Shown: one piece after another, positions 26,214 to 37,636 of the stretch | Layout of the letters: the number at the start of each line of letters is the position of its first letter | Numbering within the stretch: the stretch's first letter is position 1 | Source of the DNA: Isurus oxyrinchus | Taxonomy: Eukaryota | Reading direction: 5' to 3' | DNA length: 64,000 nucleotides | Assembly: GCA_026770705.1 (NCBI GenBank) | Contig: JANJGN010000026.1 | Location: forward strand, 29,884,001-29,948,000 | Position numbers and translations under genes: made by a program | Notes under the pieces: generated by a model | Databases searched by the model: none | Seen by the model: the letters and a program-made list of their open reading frames with translations, nothing else | What the model was told of the DNA's origin: nothing

Positions 26214-27601
26214 CACAGTAGTTCCAGCTGTTGCAAAATAGCCTCACCACATGAATAGCAGTATAAGAGCTTACTCTTTCCTTGCCTAGTTTTGAATGTG
26301 CAGCATATTTTGAGATTCTGCTTGCTCCCACAGCCAATTCAAGTTCTCTCCAGAAGCAAAGGCAACTATTTCCCCCTCCCATGAAACTGAATTCCCTTCG
26401 CCTTGCATATTTCCAGGCCACGCGAGGGGCGCCGGTGGTGTAATGGTAATGTGACTGGAGTAAGCAGAAGGCCCTGGGTACTTGGCTTCAAATTCCACTT
26501 TGGCAGTCGGTGGCTTTTAAATTCAGTTAATAACACCCAAATTTCAAAGATACCCGCACTAATGGTGACCATGAAACCGAATATCGTAAAAACTCGCAGG
26601 AAATCTGCAATTCTCTGCCTGGTTTGGCCGACATATGACCTCCCGGGCCCACAGCAATGTAATTGACTCTCTAACCGCCCTTTGAATTGGCCCAGCAAGC
26701 CAGTCACCCTCAGAGAGGTGGTGATACAGTGCTATTGTCACTGGACTGCTAATCCAGAGACCCAGGGTAATGCTCTGGAGAACCAGGTTCCAAACCCGTT
26801 CACGGCAAAATGTTCAGTATTCAGTAAAAACAATTTTTTAAAAAAACTGATGATTGACCATTACCGACTGTCATTAATGTTCGGTTCATGAGAGCCCTTC
26901 AGAAAAGGAAATCTCCCGTCCCACATGTGACGCTAAAATGCCGAGTGTAATTAGGGATGGGAAATAAATGCTGGACTTAGCTCGCAATTCATGAGTGAAT
27001 AAATAAAAGGGACAGCTGTTCACCTTTCTATCCCTCGTGACTGTATTCCTTAAGCAACTACCAGGATTCACCTATCACCACCATGATTTTCCGATCAGTG
27101 CGGTCGACATGTCTTAACTGTGGTGGGGGGTCAAGGGGTGTAGTGGGGCTGGTGGCTAAGGATGGAAAATGCTGCTTTTCATTCTTCTGGCATGGCACTT
27201 GATTTCAGTATTTGCTGAAGATTTGAATTTGGCGTTCAAAACACACAAAGCTGTTTGTTGATAATCAAAGGTGAGGTTATGTTTACCCCGTTCCTTCGCT
27301 TATTTGGGGCAACTCTCTAGATCCAATGTCGCTAATAATGCACAACCTTTCGGTTATGCATCGTCTTACTGGGTCCTGGGGTTGCAGCTCCTGGCCAATA
27401 CCCCGCACCCCCCACCCCCCTTCCCCCTCCTAACGCTTGGGTAATCTGATCTGGGATAAATCTGGCTCTGTCTGCGCCATGGCTTCACCGACATTACACA
27501 CGTTACCTGGGCGCTTTGCCCATTTTTGCTAGCTTACCTTCAGTAGCAAACGAGACCAAGTCGAAGGAATATATTTTAAAAAAAGCCCTGAACTCACTTA
27601 C

Positions 27602-27663
27602 TTGGGAGAACTGTCAGTCGGGTGCCGCTGCCAAACGTTAGTTTTTCAGTAGCTTCGTAAAAG
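27602..27663 (-). CDS. TRDJ: TCR delta J (type A)
   Basis: FYEATEKLTFGSGTRLTVLP with GTAAG donor. RSS cacagtg-12-acagaaacc. Confidence 0.93.
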
Positions 27664-28444
27664 CACAGTGCCAATTACCCAGACAGAAACCTTCAACTGG
27701 CATAGCTGACTGAGACTTCAGCCAATACACCAGAAATATTTTGGGTCTTGCGCTGTACATTTGATTCACTGTGAACTAAACCCTACTTTTGACCTGCAGT
27801 CAACAGCTACTGCCTTATCTAAGCCCCCGAAATCCCAGTACAGGCAGAACGGGCCGAATGGTCTCCTCAGAACTTGTCAGATTCTGCAAAATCGAATTTT
27901 CTGAACTCAGGTTTGGAAACACGTATGAACACTGGGAACAACCAACCGGAGTAGGTCGTTCAGCCCATCGGGCCTAGCTCCACTGTTCAAGTTAGTTCAT
28001 GGCTGATCGTCTACCTGAGCATCACATTCCTTCGCCATCTTCATAATCCCTTGATGTCATCAGACTCCAGAAATCTGGCAGCCTCAGTCTTGGGCATGCT
28101 CACGAGTTGAGCTTCCACAATGCCCTCAGCTAAAGAACTCCAAAGATTCACCACTGTCCGAGTGAAGAAATATCCCCTCATCCCGGTCTTAAATGGCCTG
28201 CCCCTTATTCGGAGATCCTGAGACCTTTTCCCGGGTTATTGACCCCCCTCCCCTCCCCCGTCCCCTAGCAAAGGGGAAACATCCGACCCACATCTACCCA
28301 GTCGAGCACTCTATGAATTTTGTAGGTTTCAATGAGGTCACCTCTCATTGGTCTAAACTCTAGAGAGTACAGACCCAGTTCCCTCACTATCTCCTCATAA
28401 AACAGTCCCGAAATCCCAGAGATGAGTGTGGCGAAAGCCAAGAA

Positions 28445-28680
28445 TCAAAACCCTGCAGATGCCAGAAACGTGAAACAAAAACAGGAAATTTTGGGAAAAA
28501 GTCAACAGGTCTGACAGTATTTGTGGAGAGAAAGACAGGGTTAACGTTTCGAGCCCTTATGACCCTTCTTCAGAGCGGCCATGAAGCAAAGCCATGTGGA
28601 TTCGAAAGGCTATCTCTGTTTCTCTCTCCCGCAGATGCTGTCAGAGCTGCTGAGTTTTCCTAACATTTTCTGTGTTTTTG
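28445..28680. mobile_element. Penelope-like degenerate inverted repeat (related copies 6340-6430, 36480-36700, 59030-59160)
   Basis: Same motifs as 19260-19492 (ctgcagatgc...gaaa; gtttcgag...gacccttcttcag; gatgctg...ctgctgagtttt). Confidence 0.6.
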
Positions 28681-28838
28681 ATTGGCCTGGTGAAACTCCG
28701 TTGCACTCCCTCCAGGTCAAGTTTGTCGACGGACGATTTATTCCCTTTTCCCCTAAAACAAATGCATTTTGCAGTTGCGTTAAGGACAGGGCATTTTAGT
28801 TAGAACCTGACCCAAATTAAAGGTGTGAACAGACTTAC

Positions 28839-28898
28839 TGGGCTGCACAACGAGTTTTGTCCCGCTGCCGAAGATAAGCTTGCTGGTTTTCCAGGCGT
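28839..28898 (-). CDS. TRDJ: TCR delta J (type B), open frame, weak heptamer
   Basis: AWKTSKLIFGSGTKLVVQP with GTAAG donor. RSS cgcactg-12-acaaaaata (CAC>CGC), or cactgct with a 10-nt spacer. Confidence 0.85.
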
Positions 28899-29620
28899 CG
28901 CACTGCTACCAGGTGTTACAAAAATAGTCCCTACCGCATGAACCCTGACACAAGCGTTGCCCCTTCTATAACTTTGGCTTTGAGTGCTTTGAGCACATTT
29001 TGAGATTCGACTTGCTTGCACATCCTGGTCAGTTGACCTCCAGAAAACAATACAACCCTTCCTTTGAACTTAACTTTCTCTGCTCCTACCTGTCTCGGAT
29101 GAGACTTTAGCTCAGTGGTAATGTGACTGGAATCGTTAATTCAAAGAGCCAGCTCTGGTAGTTTCCAATCGCACCACACCAGCTGGTGGAATTTCTATTC
29201 TGTTAGTAAAGCCATCTCAGTAATAGCGACCACAGCAACTATCATACACGGTTGCAAAAACCCATCTGGTTCACTCATGCCCCTTTAGGGAAGGAAACCT
29301 GCCATATTTACCCAGCCTGGCCTACATGTGATTCCAGCCCCATCAGCATCGCGATTGACTCTTAAATACCCTCTGAAACGGCCCAGCAACTCACTGCATG
29401 GGCAATTAAGGATGGTCAGCAAATGCTGGCCAAGCCAGAGACGTCCCCATCCCATGAAACTAATAAAAAATGAAACATAATCAACGGATAACAGCTAATT
29501 TTTAAATTCCCCATTGCAGTTCTCCATTTGCACCTCCGGGGGAATTATTTGACATCAACATAATTTTGATGTAAATGTGTTTTATATATGAAATCTTTGT
29601 GCGCGCGCGTGCGCGCGCGC

Positions 29621-29655
<35 letters not shown>

Positions 29656-30364
29656 AGTTTATGCAACTGTGGTGTATTTTTTGAGTATGTGAGTGTGTGT
29701 CACTGAACTGGACTAGCCATATAAATACCGTGGCTACAAGAGCAGGTCAGAGGCTAGGAAACCTGCGACGAGTAACTCACCACCTGACTCCTCAAAGCCT
29801 CTCCAACATTTCCAAGGCACAAGTCAGGAGTGTGATGGAATATTCCCCACTTGTCTGCATGAGTGAAGCTCCCACACAGCGTGTGCAGGGGACTGTTACT
29901 AACCAATTCTTTGACCTGAGAATTGATACTAATCAATTCTTTGCCCTGATAATTGATGTGCAACTTGTATATCATAGCTCTGTTAGAATTTAAAGAGGGA
30001 AAGAGATATGCTGAGACTAAGAGATACGTTTGTGTTTAGTCGAATCGATAGTTACTTGGGGCCACTTTCCAATGGGGAGTTTCACGGCCTGATAGTGAAA
30101 ATTAATTCTGCCCTTCTCTGCCTGTTACATTATTGAAGCCTAGCGATTCATCTGCTGGCTACAGTGTGTCTAATTAAACATTGAACTGAGTTGGATATCC
30201 GTCTTCTTAAAGGTCATCTTACCGATGAAATGCCTTCACTTTTTTCCCCACGTAAAGCCTTAGCCATCTGCCTACTTGCCACATGCCAGATAACATTCAG
30301 CAAAAAAAAAATAGAAAACAAATCGACACGAAGCAGAGGGAGAGAAAGCTCAGCTGGTACTTAC

Positions 30365-30429
30365 TTGGCACAACTGCACTTGGGTGCCAGTGCCGAACGT
30401 GTGCTTGAGAGTTGGGTTATAATAAGTTG
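30365..30429 (-). pseudogene. TRDJ: TCR delta J pseudogene (type A, frameshift)
   Basis: TYYNPTLKHTFGTGTQV, then 1 nt short before the GTAAG donor (21 instead of 22 nt after FGxG), giving the wrong splice phase. RSS cactgtg-12-gcagaaacc. Confidence 0.8.
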
Positions 30430-30969
30430 CACTGTGAAAACAGCACAGGCAGAAACCTTTCACTGAAGAGATCATCCCGATTCCATTTAATACATACTAA
30501 AGCATATTCGCTAATTCTGGGGTAGCACTGTGTGCAAAGTTTACACTACACTAAGTCCTATGAGATGCATGTTTTTTTTTCACCTGAACACAAAAGTCGC
30601 TGAATTCTGTACCCGCCGCCCCATAAATTGGAACGATAGATATTTGGGGGTCAAATCTTTTAGACATGTGCAGAACTTCTGACCCTCCAAGTGGCTAAGT
30701 GATGGTCTAATCTCCCCCAGTCCTTCCACGAATTTACACAAGAAGAAATGATTTGCAGATAATTTGATGAGCGCCCACGCCACATGGACTGCAACAGTTC
30801 AAGAAGGTGGCTCACCGCCACCTTCTCAAGGGGCAATTGGGGATGGGAAATAAACACATTAGCTTAGTCGGGGACGTCCAGGCCCCATGAAAGAATTGAA
30901 AGAAAAATAAGGAAGCTTCATTTACTTATACTCTAACCAGTTCCAAACTGACGACTTGAGGTGACTTAC

Positions 30970-31029
30970 TGGGCTGCACAGTGTCTCTGGTGCCACTGCC
31001 AACGATAAGTTTCCAATTTCGAATGTTAG
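30970..31029 (-). CDS. TRDJ: TCR delta J (type B), open but atypical (VGSG)
   Basis: NIRNWKLIVGSGTRDTVQP with GTAAG donor. RSS cacaact-12-acaaaaata. The conserved Phe is replaced by Val. Confidence 0.75.
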
Positions 31030-31899
31030 CACAACTGTACAAGATGTTACAAAAATAGACCAAGCACATGAGCAGTAATGTAAGCTTCTTACTTAGTTTC
31101 ACCTCCGTTTGAGTTTTAAGTGCACTTTGAGATTCTACTTACCTCAGGACCAAGGTAGCTTATCTCCAGAAACAAATCTAACTGTTCCCCCTCTGCCCAG
31201 TAAATTTAACTCCACTTCTCTTATTCTACTTTACACAAAGAAAAAATGGTGGAAAGGCCGACAGCGGCTAGTCTGACCTTCCACCCTGAGAGATGTCCAT
31301 TGACATCCATGCCAAAACCAGATCCGATTGGTTTTGGTCAGGTTGATTTAGACCAATCACTATGTTGGACACTTCATTCCCGGTTTGTGGATGTAGATCT
31401 GTCTGTTGTTGTGGGGTAGGGGGTGGGGAGTAGGGGGAATGGAGGTGGTGGGTAGTAGTGCTCCACTGATTAATTTTCTGCCTAGAGAACTGATTTTACA
31501 TATGGACGTTATTGCTTTGTGTTCGCGGTTTTGATGAAACACAGAGGCGTGTTGGGAATGAGAAAATGCGCTCCTATTAGCTCTAAATGACAACTATTTA
31601 TGTCCATTTCACAAATGGGAATTTCAATCCCAGTTTTACAAAAAAAAACGAAATTCTGCATTGAGACCAATGCCTATATTGCCGAGGTCTACAGTTTGAA
31701 TTCGTGGTCACTGCATGCCCAATTGAGGAATGAGTTGAGCCGAATAGGCATGATTCGAAAGACATGTTTCTTCGGTTTAATGGTTTCCCTTTTATTTCGA
31801 GTACTCCCTTGGCAATCTGCCCGCAACCTGCAGACATTATCGAGCAGAAAGCTGCATCAAGTTAAAGAGTGACAAAAAGATACTTCAGATGGCACTTAC

Positions 31900-31982
31900 T
31901 TGGCACAACATGCAAATGGGTGCCGCTGCCATACGTCAGCTTCTCGGTAGCTACAATACCAAACTCAAAAATGTCATAAAAA
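31900..31982 (-). CDS. TRDJ: Unusually long TCR delta J (type A, 83 nt)
   Basis: FYDIFEFGIVATEKLTYGSGTHLHVVP with GTAAG donor. Near-consensus RSS cacagtg-12-acagaaacc. Confidence 0.85.
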
Positions 31983-32369
31983 CACAGTGGCAATTGCCCA
32001 TACAGAAACCTTCTATTGGGACAGGCGATTCACGATTTAGCTAGTACAAGATAAAGGACCTGGAACATTCACTGATTCGGATAGGCGCTGTCTATTTACT
32101 TCATCGTAAACTACGAGGTGTAATTGCATATCACCTGCGGATAACAATCATTGCCTTATCGGCCTCCCAACACAGGCAAGATCGGCCGAATGGCCTTCTT
32201 GAACCTCGTCAGGATCTATGAGCGTGAAGCACTACTGATCCCAAGTTGCTGGTGATCGACTTATTTCCCTCTCCCCTAGTACCAATATATTTTGTACTGG
32301 TGTTAGTACAGGGAATTGTAACCATGTTAGGCATAAGCAGATTCATACTGAAGGCAAACGAAGACTTAC

Positions 32370-32429
32370 TGGGTTCCACAGTGAGTTCTGTTCCACTGCC
32401 AAAGATGAGCTTGCGAGTTACCCTGTCAG
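32370..32429 (-). CDS. TRDJ: TCR delta J (type B)
   Basis: DRVTRKLIFGSGTELTVEP with GTAAG donor. RSS cacatca-12-acaaaatcc. Confidence 0.9.
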
Positions 32430-33989
32430 CACATCATTATCAAGTGTTACAAAATCCGACCTTAACCACATGAGCAGTAATGCAAGGGAGCCTTCTTCTC
32501 TAGAGCTTTGAGTGCATTTTGAGATTCTACTTGCTTGCATGATCTGGACAGATTAGTTCCAGAAACAAATGCCATCGGTTTCCCTTATCTATTCAACTCA
32601 ATTTTTGTTGTCTTGCACTATTTGGGGGGCGCGGGGTAGCATGGCGGGTAATGCAGAGAGCCTAGGCCCCTGCGAGGGTATGGGTGTGGGGTGAGGTGGG
32701 GGGGGGGGGGGTGTGGTAGGAGTGGGGAGGTGGTAGTTGGGACGGGGGCATACCTTCAAATCCCACCACGGCAGCTGGTGGAATTCAAACTCAATGGCCA
32801 AATCTGCGATTGAAATCTAACCTCAGCAAAGGCCCATTTGATTTTCTAATGTCGTTAAGGGACAGGCATCTGCCATCCTTGCCTAGTCTGGTCTCCATGG
32901 GACTCCAGAGCCGCATCAATGTCACTGCCCTCTTATCAGCCGAGGAAGCCATTCAGCTCAAGGGCAATTTGGGATGGGCTACAAATGCTGTCCCAGATCA
33001 CATGAAAGAATGAAAAAAATGCATAAGCACAATGAATGGATCATGGTTCATTTTCCAATCCCTTCTTGCATTTCTCCATTCAAACCTATTGGTAACCAAT
33101 TACTTGCGGAATTAGTTGACATCAACAGTTAGGCCTCTTCTCGAGTACTGTGCCCTGTTCTGGGCGCCACACAAGAGGAAGGAGGTGAAGGCATTGGAGA
33201 GGGCAGAGGGGAGATTCAGAAAAATGATTCCAGGGATATAGAACTGTAGCTATGAGGATAGATTGGAGTGGTTGGGACTGTTTTCCTTTGGGAAAAGAAG
33301 GCTGAGAGGAGACTTGATAGAGATATTCAAGTTCCTGAGGGGGATGGATAGTGAAAATAGTGAGAAAAACACCTTCCCAACATACGACGTTTACCATCTA
33401 GAAGGACAAGAGCAGTAGGTAGATGGGAACACCAGCAACCAGAAGTTCCCCTCCAAGCCACTCACCATCCTGACTTGAAATTATATCATCGTTCTTGCAC
33501 TGTAGCTGGGTCAAAATCCTGGATGTCCCTTCAAAAGAGCACTATAGGTGCACGTGCACCACATGGGCTGCAATGGTCCAAGAAGGCAGCACATCACCAC
33601 CTTCTCAAGGGGCGATTAGGGATGGGCAATAAATGCCGGCACAACCAGCGAAGCCTACATCCCGCAAATGAAAAAAAACTGTTCCCACTGAAGAGAACGT
33701 GAAGAACTAAAGGGCACAGAGTGGAAATAATGGGCAAAGAAGTAAAAGCGAAGTAAGAAAATGCTTTTGTTTTCACCCAGAGGGTGTCTAGAATATGGAA
33801 CGCACTTCCTGAGAGGGTGTAGGTATTCAAAAGGGATTTGGATTGCTACCTGAAGGGAGAGAATGAATAAGGTTACAGGGATAAGGCAGGGGCGGTGCAA
33901 CAAGGTAGAATGCTCTTGCAGAGAGACGGTGCAGTCTCGATAGGCCGAATGGCCTCCGCCTGCACTGTAAAGATACTGTGATCCACAGG

Positions 33990-34332
33990 AACTAAAGGGA
34001 AAGGAACCTCATTTGACTTCGTTCAGTGAAAATGATTTGGCTGGTGTGTTGGTGAATTCTTTGGGTTGCTGTTGCTTTGATTGAGAGTAGTTTGGGAGTT
34101 TATTAAAAGTTATGATAGCAGTAATTTTTAGCCATGTGTATACATATTTAACTTGTGTAAATTAATAAATGTCTCATGTATTTTGATATGAAACGTCCCG
34201 AGAGCTGGTGGTCTGATACCTGAATTTAGGGATGAAACTCCAACATACAATAATATAAGTTATGACAGTTGTCTAAAGTTTCCCTTTAGGATTTGTAAGT
34301 AACTCAGCTTTACCAACTGCTGGGTCATAACA
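33990..34332 (+). mobile_element. Possible LTR 3' part
   Basis: AT-rich block with AATAAA, ending ...gggtcataaCA. No matching 5' end found. Confidence 0.35.
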
Positions 34333-35538
34333 TTTGATAGGTCCGGTGACCTCCAGAAACAAATGGAACCGTTTCCCTCCCAACCCCAGACTCCACTAAA
34401 CCTAATTCCCCTCGTTTTGTTCTATTGTCAAAGCACGAGGAATTGTTGGAAGTTTGTCTTCCTTTGTGGGCAGTTTTTTCTTTAATGAACATCTACCCGG
34501 GACAACTGCCTCCTGAGGCATGCGCTTGACATCAGTATGATTGTAATATCAGCATGCTAAATACATCATAGCTTCCATGTGTATGTTAGTGTGTGATTGT
34601 TCGGGGGTGGGAGTCTGTGTGTGTAGGGAAGGTGGTGGGAAGGGTTCTGGCGGGTTTGTAGGTGTTAACATGAATGTGACACCTTCAGCTTGGATTTCAC
34701 ACATGGAGCAGGGACATAGGGACATAGGAGCATGGGAGCAGGAGCGGGTCATTTGGCCTTTCGAGCCTGCTCCTCCGTTCATCAAGATCATGGCTGACCT
34801 GGTTGTGGCCTCAGCTCCGTTTTGCTGACTGCCCCCCACCCATCCCCGACGCCCTCACCTAACAAAAATCTGTCCAACTCCATCTCGAACAAAGTCAGCG
34901 ACTCAGCCTAAACTACTTCCTGGGGAAGAGAATTCCACACACCAAGGTCCCATTGGGAGAGAGAACAAAAATTCTCATCTCTGACATAGAAAGGAAACAT
35001 TTTATTTTTAAACTACGTCCCCTCGATTTAGTCTACCATATAAGTGGAAACACCCTCCGGGGGTCGAACCTATCTTGCCCCCTCAGGGTCTTAAATGTTT
35101 CAATAAGATCATCTCTCATTTTTCTAAATTCCAATGGGTATAGGCCCAACCAGTCGAGTCTAACAAACCCAGTTTAGCCAAAATGCCTTTGGAAACCGTT
35201 CCGTCAGTCGAGCTATTACTTTTACATTTTGCGGTGAACTTTCTGAATTGAGATTCCCTGCCCTGGTGACAGTACACGATCGTGCATTTGAGTGCTACAT
35301 CATATCACTGACATGTGGAGATTCCACTCCTAGCCGCTGCACCTCTTGGTAAGGCGTGAGAAAAGCTTGTCAACCATTTGCTTAAAGCTTATTCCCTCAG
35401 TGCTAAGCCTCCACTTTTATTCCACCTACTGCCCTGGATCTCTATCGCACTCTCCAGACACCATCAATCAGAGGACTATGTCAAGTAGTTGGGCTGGGAG
35501 GGGAGTGGAGGGGAAGACAAACCTCCACTCAAACTTAC

Positions 35539-35571
35539 TTGGTAGCTCGCTCGAGTAATCATAATACCATG
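35539..35571 (-). pseudogene. Internally deleted J relic (type A position)
   Basis: WYYDYSSELP with GTAAG donor and RSS-like catggta-acaaatgcccag-ggagaaatc. The FGxG framework is missing. Sits in the type-A slot of the cassette. Confidence 0.5.
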
Positions 35572-35983
35572 CATGGTAACAAATGCCCAGGGAGAAATCA
35601 TCCACTGGAGTGATTCATTCAGGTTCCTGCCCTTACATGCCAAATAAACTCTGCTATTCCCTAATCGAGGTAAGGGACAGCAAACACAGAGACAACAGCA
35701 AACTCAATCTCATTGCTAGCATATATCGTTCAGTTGAAGGTGCAGGTGCCTCATTCATCACCCAAAGCAGACACCTTGACCCGAGTGACCTCCTTCCGTT
35801 TAATAGGTTACTTTGCAAGGGAAGGAATTCTCTCACTAATTGGTCAGTTGCTGCGTTATTTTTCCGCCCCTCAACTCCAGATTGTGCATCGGGTTGGTAG
35901 GCCAGTCACGTCAGAGCGCCTCTCATTTATTTTTTTTTTACAGTAGCCAGATGCAAATTGGAGGCAGGCAATCAAAGACTTAC

Positions 35984-36043
35984 TGGGTTCCACGGTGAGT
36001 GTTATTCCACTGCCAAAGATAAGCTACTCATCATCGTAGCTGT
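35984..36043 (-). pseudogene. TRDJ: TCR delta J pseudogene (type B, in-frame stop)
   Basis: SYDDE*LIFGSGITLTVEP with GTAAG donor. RSS cacaatg-12-gcaagaata. Confidence 0.85.
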
Positions 36044-37092
36044 CACAATGCTAGCAGGTGCTGCAAGAATAAGCCCAGCGACATGAGAAGGGCCGTGAGG
36101 GTTTGCATTTTGCCTTGCTTTTTGTTGTGAGAGCACTTTCAGATGCTACCTGCTTCTAAAGACAGATCAGGTTGCCCCCAGAAACCAATGTGACATTTTT
36201 CTACCTCTCCCCCACCCTCAATTAATCTTAATTCCCTCCGCCTTGCACCATTGTGAAAGCACAAGATAAGAACAGGAAATTAGCAAATCTCCATGTTACT
36301 TCCATTCCTGATAACTCTCCACTAGATTCCACCCGAAACCAGTTCATGGACTAAATTGTTGCCACCAACAGCATTTAGTTAGCAGCGTGCCCGACCTATC
36401 ATTGTTTCCTCCTTTGACACTTGGTGATGGGGTGAAATATGCAGTTGTGGTTGTGCAGGGGGCTGCTTATGCATTCACGCAAAAACAGAGAATGGTGGAG
36501 AAACTCAGCAGTTCTGACAGCACCTATGGAGCGAAACAGAGTCAACTTTTCGAGTCCGTACGACTCTTTATCAGAAATGGATTTGAAACTTTAACTCTGC
36601 CCTTTTCTCCCCACAGATGATGTTCGACCTGCTGAGCTTTTCCGGCGTCTTCTGATATTGTTACAGATTCCCAGCATCCGCAGTATTTTGCTTTCATCTG
36701 CTTATATACTCTCTGCCTTGAGACCTGAATGTACATTGTTGCTAGCAATTGAGGTTCAAAAACCAAACAAAAAAAAGCCAAGTTTTGAGAATGAAAAACA
36801 ATGTTCAATTGACTCCAATCTTTGTTATTTGTTATACTTGCCAAATGTGAGTTTCCCATTCCAGTGAAAATATGTAAGTCTGCATTTCAGGCCAATGTCG
36901 TATTGCTGAGGCCTAGATTTCCAACCTCTGGGCACTGCTTACTAATTCAGGAGTGAACTGAGTAGCCTGTCTGTCTTCCTGAAACTATTCTTGCTTTTAA
37001 TTTGTGCATCACGTTGGCTACCTGTCCACATTGACCAGTGACCATTCAGCGCAAAGTTGCATATAAGTGGAAAGCAAAGAAACTGAGCTAAA

Positions 37093-37152
37093 TGGGCACA
37101 ACCGTCAGTTGGGTGCCACTGTCAGATTTCCCAACAGTGACATAAGAATTCA
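37093..37152 (-). pseudogene. TRDJ: TCR delta J pseudogene (type A)
   Basis: NSYVTVGKSDSGTQLTVVP with FG lost and the donor mutated to TTTAG. RSS cacagcg-12-accaaaaga. Confidence 0.75.
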
Positions 37153-37576
37153 CACAGCGACAACTCACCAGACCAAAAGAAAAACAAAGAACAAAATTCT
37201 ACCTCATCACCTCAATAAGATTCCAGACAAAAAACAATGTTGGAATATTCACTAATTCTGGCCACCTTTGTTGCAAAATTCATACTAAACCCAAGTACTG
37301 TCACCTGCAAATATTTTTCTGCTCAGGTCAAAAGTCACTGACTTGTGTACACCCAAAGCATGAACGATGGGCCGAATGCATCCCTCTCCCTGTATTATAT
37401 GGTGCTACGGGCGCCCAGGAGTTGTTCCAGCGAGTGGCCATTCTATTACCCCTCACGCGCACCCCTCCCCCTCCCTGTTCGACAAGGTTTAGTCTGCTGA
37501 AGGCATATTAGAAGATTGAATTTCAGTGACGTTATTATTAAGACCAGATTGAAGTTGAAGATATTAGAAAACTTAA

Positions 37577-37636
37577 TTGATTTCGCAGTGACTGTTGTTC
37601 CACTGCAAAAGATAAGTTTTGCTGTTCCATAGGTAA
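37577..37636 (-). pseudogene. TRDJ: TCR delta J pseudogene (type B)
   Basis: TYGTAKLIFCSGTTVTAKS with donor mutated to TTAAG. RSS caaaatg-12-acaaaacta. Confidence 0.75.
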
